This document shows positions 16,432 through 19,513 of a stretch of DNA of 19,513 nt, piece by piece. Every line of letters starts with the position of its first letter. Within the stretch, counting starts at the first letter, position 1. The translations under genes and the position numbers were made by a program. The DNA lies in contig DASXQR010000023.1 in assembly GCA_036507075.1 (NCBI GenBank), positions 1-19,513 of the forward strand, written 5' to 3'. The notes beneath the pieces are model-generated. The model made no database searches, had not been told where the DNA came from, and was given only the letters and a program-made list of their open reading frames with translations. Source of the DNA: Acidobacteriota bacterium (GTDB taxonomy: Bacteria > Acidobacteriota > UBA6911 > JACQSX01).

Positions 16432-18156
16432 CTAAAACTTGGGGACACCCTCCCGTTGCAGCGAGTAAGCCAGTAGATGGCTGCCCTCGGCCTGTATTAC
16501 CATTCTGTTTACTTCGCTGACCAGCAGTTCGATGTTTTCCTCCTTCATCGGAAACATCTGGTCGATAATGCCGCGCGTCAGATTCACCCCGACCAGTCCT
16601 TTGCCCTTCGGCAGCCGGGTGAAGAAGTATTGATGGTTGCCGTCCAGTTGTGCGTACCGGGTTAAGTGCAGCAAGTCACCGCCGGCGCCTATCATTCCCT
16701 TACCCGCTGCTTTGCCGAGTTTGATCAAGCGGTTCCGATAATTGAAAATGCGGTTTACCGGCGACGGTGCCGCCGGCAGAAGGTCGCGGTGCAACGCCAC
16801 TGCGTACGATGTCACGGCCACCAGCGCTCCTGTGGAAACCAGAAGTCCGGCCGCCAGATGCTTCCAGAACCCGACGCCGGGCGGTTTCAGCTCGTAATAC
16901 CAAAGCCGCTGGCCGTCGGCGTAGCTGAAGCCGGCCGCGTTCTCCTCGCCGATGAGTACGAGCTGGTCCGCTTCGTTGAAGGAGAGATATTTGGGAGGTT
17001 TGCTGAAGTGGTGCGGCTTTTTGTACAGTTTCTTGCCGCCGGCGCGAGAGAGCGCGAACAAATCGTCCCCATCAGCGAAATATACCCGATCGCCGAAGAT
17101 CAGGAGATTCGTGACTGCGTTGTCGCCGTGATCCCATTTCCACAGCTTCTTTCCGGTCTTTGGATCGAGCGCCACTGCGCCGAACGGGCCCTTGCGGTCC
17201 CATTCGTTTCCCGCAAAGTCAAAGAACTGGCCCCCCAACTTCCCGTACAGAACATTGGCATCGGCGTACAGCTCGGTAACGATCCCAAAGTCATCCGTCT
17301 TCCAGAGCTGTTCGCCGTCTGCAAGCCGGAATGCGCAGACCTTTCCTTCTCCGGCGACGTAAACATTTTGTTCGTCAAACCAGGGCTCGGCATAGGATTT
17401 GGCCAGGTCTCCTTCGAACACCCCGAACTTCCTGTGCCACACCAATTGGCCCGTTTGCGTGTCATAGCATCGGATCCCGTCATAGAGGACGAACACGGAG
17501 CCGCCATGGAATAGCGGCGGATGGTAGGCAGACAGGTTAAAGCTGTGATATTTGCGCTGCTTCTGGTCGGGAGTCTGAGGCAGCGGCGTCAGGCGGATTT
17601 CCTGATCGAAGTCGGCCCTCCAGAGAATCTTACCGGTCAAAGTATCCATCAGATAGAGCCTCGGTTCCCGCTCAAAGTCTCCGCGCCCCTTTCCGTGCGG
17701 TTTTTTAGCTGTGACCATCAGGATGCGTCTGTTTTCCAGATCGGGGACGACGTTCAGGACGCGCTCTTTGATCGTAGGTGACTCCCACAACCGCTCGCCG
17801 GTCAGGGTGTTGATCGCCAGGACGTTACTCTCCTTGTCTTTGTACTCTCCCCCCCAGCCCTCGCTAAGGATGGCGACGTTGGACCAGGGCACGGCCAGCA
17901 CGTCTTCCTGTCCCAACTGGATATTGCGGAAGCGCCAAACCGGTTTTCCGGCTTTCATGTCCACTCCGAAAAGATGGCGGTCCGTGCCGACCAGCAGGAG
18001 ATTCTCATCCAGAGCGCTCTGAAAGCGGATGTTGTGCTCCAGGTCCAAATCCCAGTCAGGCAGATCGGAAGGAAGTGCCGCCCGCAGGCTGAAAATCACC
18101 AGCAGAACAAGGCACGCCGCCGCCTCAAGCCTAAGTTTGACCTTCTTCATCATCAT
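16432..18156 (-). CDS. Secreted PQQ-like (BamB-like) beta-propeller repeat protein
   Basis: Signal peptide after MMMKK; repeated A.D..TG...W motifs (AINTLTGERLW, MDTLTGKILW, YDTQTGQLVW, ALDPKTGKKLW); start set at ATG 18156. Confidence 0.85.
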   Translation of the reverse strand: MMMKKVKLRLEAAACLVLLVIFSLRAALPSDLPDWDLDLEHNIRFQSALDENLLLVGTDRHLFGVDMKAGKPVWRFRNIQLGQEDVLAVPWSNVAILSEGWGGEYKDKESNVLAINTLTGERLWESPTIKERVLNVVPDLENRRILMVTAKKPHGKGRGDFEREPRLYLMDTLTGKILWRADFDQEIRLTPLPQTPDQKQRKYHSFNLSAYHPPLFHGGSVFVLYDGIRCYDTQTGQLVWHRKFGVFEGDLAKSYAEPWFDEQNVYVAGEGKVCAFRLADGEQLWKTDDFGIVTELYADANVLYGKLGGQFFDFAGNEWDRKGPFGAVALDPKTGKKLWKWDHGDNAVTNLLIFGDRVYFADGDDLFALSRAGGKKLYKKPHHFSKPPKYLSFNEADQLVLIGEENAAGFSYADGQRLWYYELKPPGVGFWKHLAAGLLVSTGALVAVTSYAVALHRDLLPAAPSPVNRIFNYRNRLIKLGKAAGKGMIGAGGDLLHLTRYAQLDGNHQYFFTRLPKGKGLVGVNLTRGIIDQMFPMKEENIELLVSEVNRMVIQAEGSHLLAYSLQREGVPKF

Positions 18157-18311
18157 GGGCCTCGACTGAAGCCATTTTAGCCCAAGAGCGCCGCGGCGCG
18201 TCCGTTCGGTTCTCGGCCGGCGTCGGAACGTATAGAAAAATTGTGGTGAATTTTTTTGCTGATTTCTGAAGAAACTTTCGCAGATTTTCAACCTGGCCGG
18301 TTATGTCCGGC

Positions 18312-19513
18312 ATGCTCGTCAAAATCTTGTCTGCGGCCGTCTTCGGAATCGATGCCCAGATTGTGGAAGTTGAGGTGGACGTGACCGCCGCCTTGAAGGA
18401 GGCCTTCCATACAGTGGGACTTCCGGACGCCGTGGTCAAAGAAAGCACGGAGCGCATCGCGGCAGCCATTCGAAACAGCGGACTTCCCGGCCCGCTGGCC
18501 GGAAAAACCACCATCAACCTGGCGCCGGCAGAATTTCGCAAGGAGGGCAGCGGCTTTGAGCTGCCGATGGCCCTGGGAATTCTCGGGACCAACGGTTCGC
18601 TCAAGGAGGACAGGCTGGCCGGCTGGCTGGTGGTAGGAGAACTCTCGCTGGACGGAAGAGTGCGGCCGGTCAAAGGCGCGCTGCCGATCGCCATGGCGGC
18701 GCGCGGGGCGGGAATTCCGCGTCTGGTGATACCGGAGAACAATGCCGGTGAAGCGGCCGTCGTCGAAGGGATCGACGTCTATGCCGTCCCGACGCTGCGA
18801 GCCGCGCTCGAGCTGCTTAATTGTCCGTCCGAAGAGCGCGGCAAGCCTACGATCGTCGACGGGCGGAGATTTCTTTCCGGCGAAAGGCGGGCGCGCGTGG
18901 ATTTTGCTGAAGTAAAGGGACAGCTCCATGTCAAACGCGCTCTGGAAGTTGCCACCGCAGGCGGACACAATCTGCTGATGCTGGGGCCGCCCGGTTCGGG
19001 AAAGACGATGCTGGCCAAAAGGATCCCCACCGTTCTTCCCGCCATGACGTTCCCCGAGGCGCTCGAAACCAGCAAGATTCACAGTGTCTGCGGAATGCTC
19101 AATGGATGCGGCATCGTGGAGCAGCGTCCCTTTCGCGCTCCGCATCACACCATCAGCCACGCCGGACTGGTGGGCGGCGGCCGCATTCCACGGCCCGGAG
19201 AAGTGAGCCTGGCGCATAACGGCGTCCTGTTTCTGGACGAGCTCCCCGAGTTTCAAAGACATGTGCTGGAGGTCCTGCGCCAGCCCCTTGAAGATCAGCA
19301 GGTCACCATCAGCCGCGCCATCATGAGTCTGACCTTTCCGGCAAAGTTCATGATGGTTGCGGCGATGAACCCATGTCCTTGTGGCTATCGAGGCTCTCGA
19401 TTGAAGGAATGCCGCTGCACGCTGGGTCAGGTGGAGCACTACCGGTCTCGCATCTCCGGGCCGCTGATGGACCGCATTGATATCCATGTTGAAGTTCCGG
19501 AAGTAAAGTACGA
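18312..19513 (+). CDS. YifB/ComM family Mg-chelatase-like AAA+ ATPase (runs off the window end)
   Basis: Own translation: [67 protein letters not shown] (18984)..[36 protein letters not shown]; absent from the ORF track because there is no stop in the window. Confidence 0.95.
   Translation, partial: MLVKILSAAVFGIDAQIVEVEVDVTAALKEAFHTVGLPDAVVKESTERIAAAIRNSGLPGPLAGKTTINLAPAEFRKEGSGFELPMALGILGTNGSLKEDRLAGWLVVGELSLDGRVRPVKGALPIAMAARGAGIPRLVIPENNAGEAAVVEGIDVYAVPTLRAALELLNCPSEERGKPTIVDGRRFLSGERRARVDFAEVKGQLHVKRALEVATAGGHNLLMLGPPGSGKTMLAKRIPTVLPAMTFPEALETSKIHSVCGMLNGCGIVEQRPFRAPHHTISHAGLVGGGRIPRPGEVSLAHNGVLFLDELPEFQRHVLEVLRQPLEDQQVTISRAIMSLTFPAKFMMVAAMNPCPCGYRGSRLKECRCTLGQVEHYRSRISGPLMDRIDIHVEVPEVKY

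Noticed and set aside
18288..19487. 399-aa minus ORF
   Set aside because: Antisense to the YifB/ComM ATPase, which has clear Walker A/B and family motifs on the plus strand

Overview
Bacterial chromosomal window, most consistent with Acidobacteriota (inferred from an ADOP-type duplicated orphan permease and a typical small secreted protein). It holds mostly housekeeping genes: GNAT acetyltransferase, ferredoxin, thiC, YhaM-like HD nuclease, folB, metallophosphoesterase, ABC permease, iscA, GT2, aspartate aminotransferase, trmJ, trpF, a Lon-N protein, a beta-propeller protein and a 3'-truncated YifB/ComM ATPase. The ORF track misses several things. (1) A 72-aa glutaredoxin-like gene (1128-1346) has two in-frame TGA codons, each followed by a SECIS-like hairpin, and is probably a double selenoprotein. 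(2) Many intergenic regions hold hairpin elements whose arms are short (6-, 7-, 8- or 10-nt) tandem repeats. Some are empty, some are nested, and two bracket a whole gene: the 2.4-kb permease has ~100-bp inverted arms and trmJ has inverted octamer arrays. This suggests a repeat-armed gene-cassette system. (3) Also present are a candidate anti-Shine-Dalgarno sRNA, a sigma-54 promoter with enhancer-like sites and an iscU remnant. All calls come from reading the sequence by eye; no searches were run.
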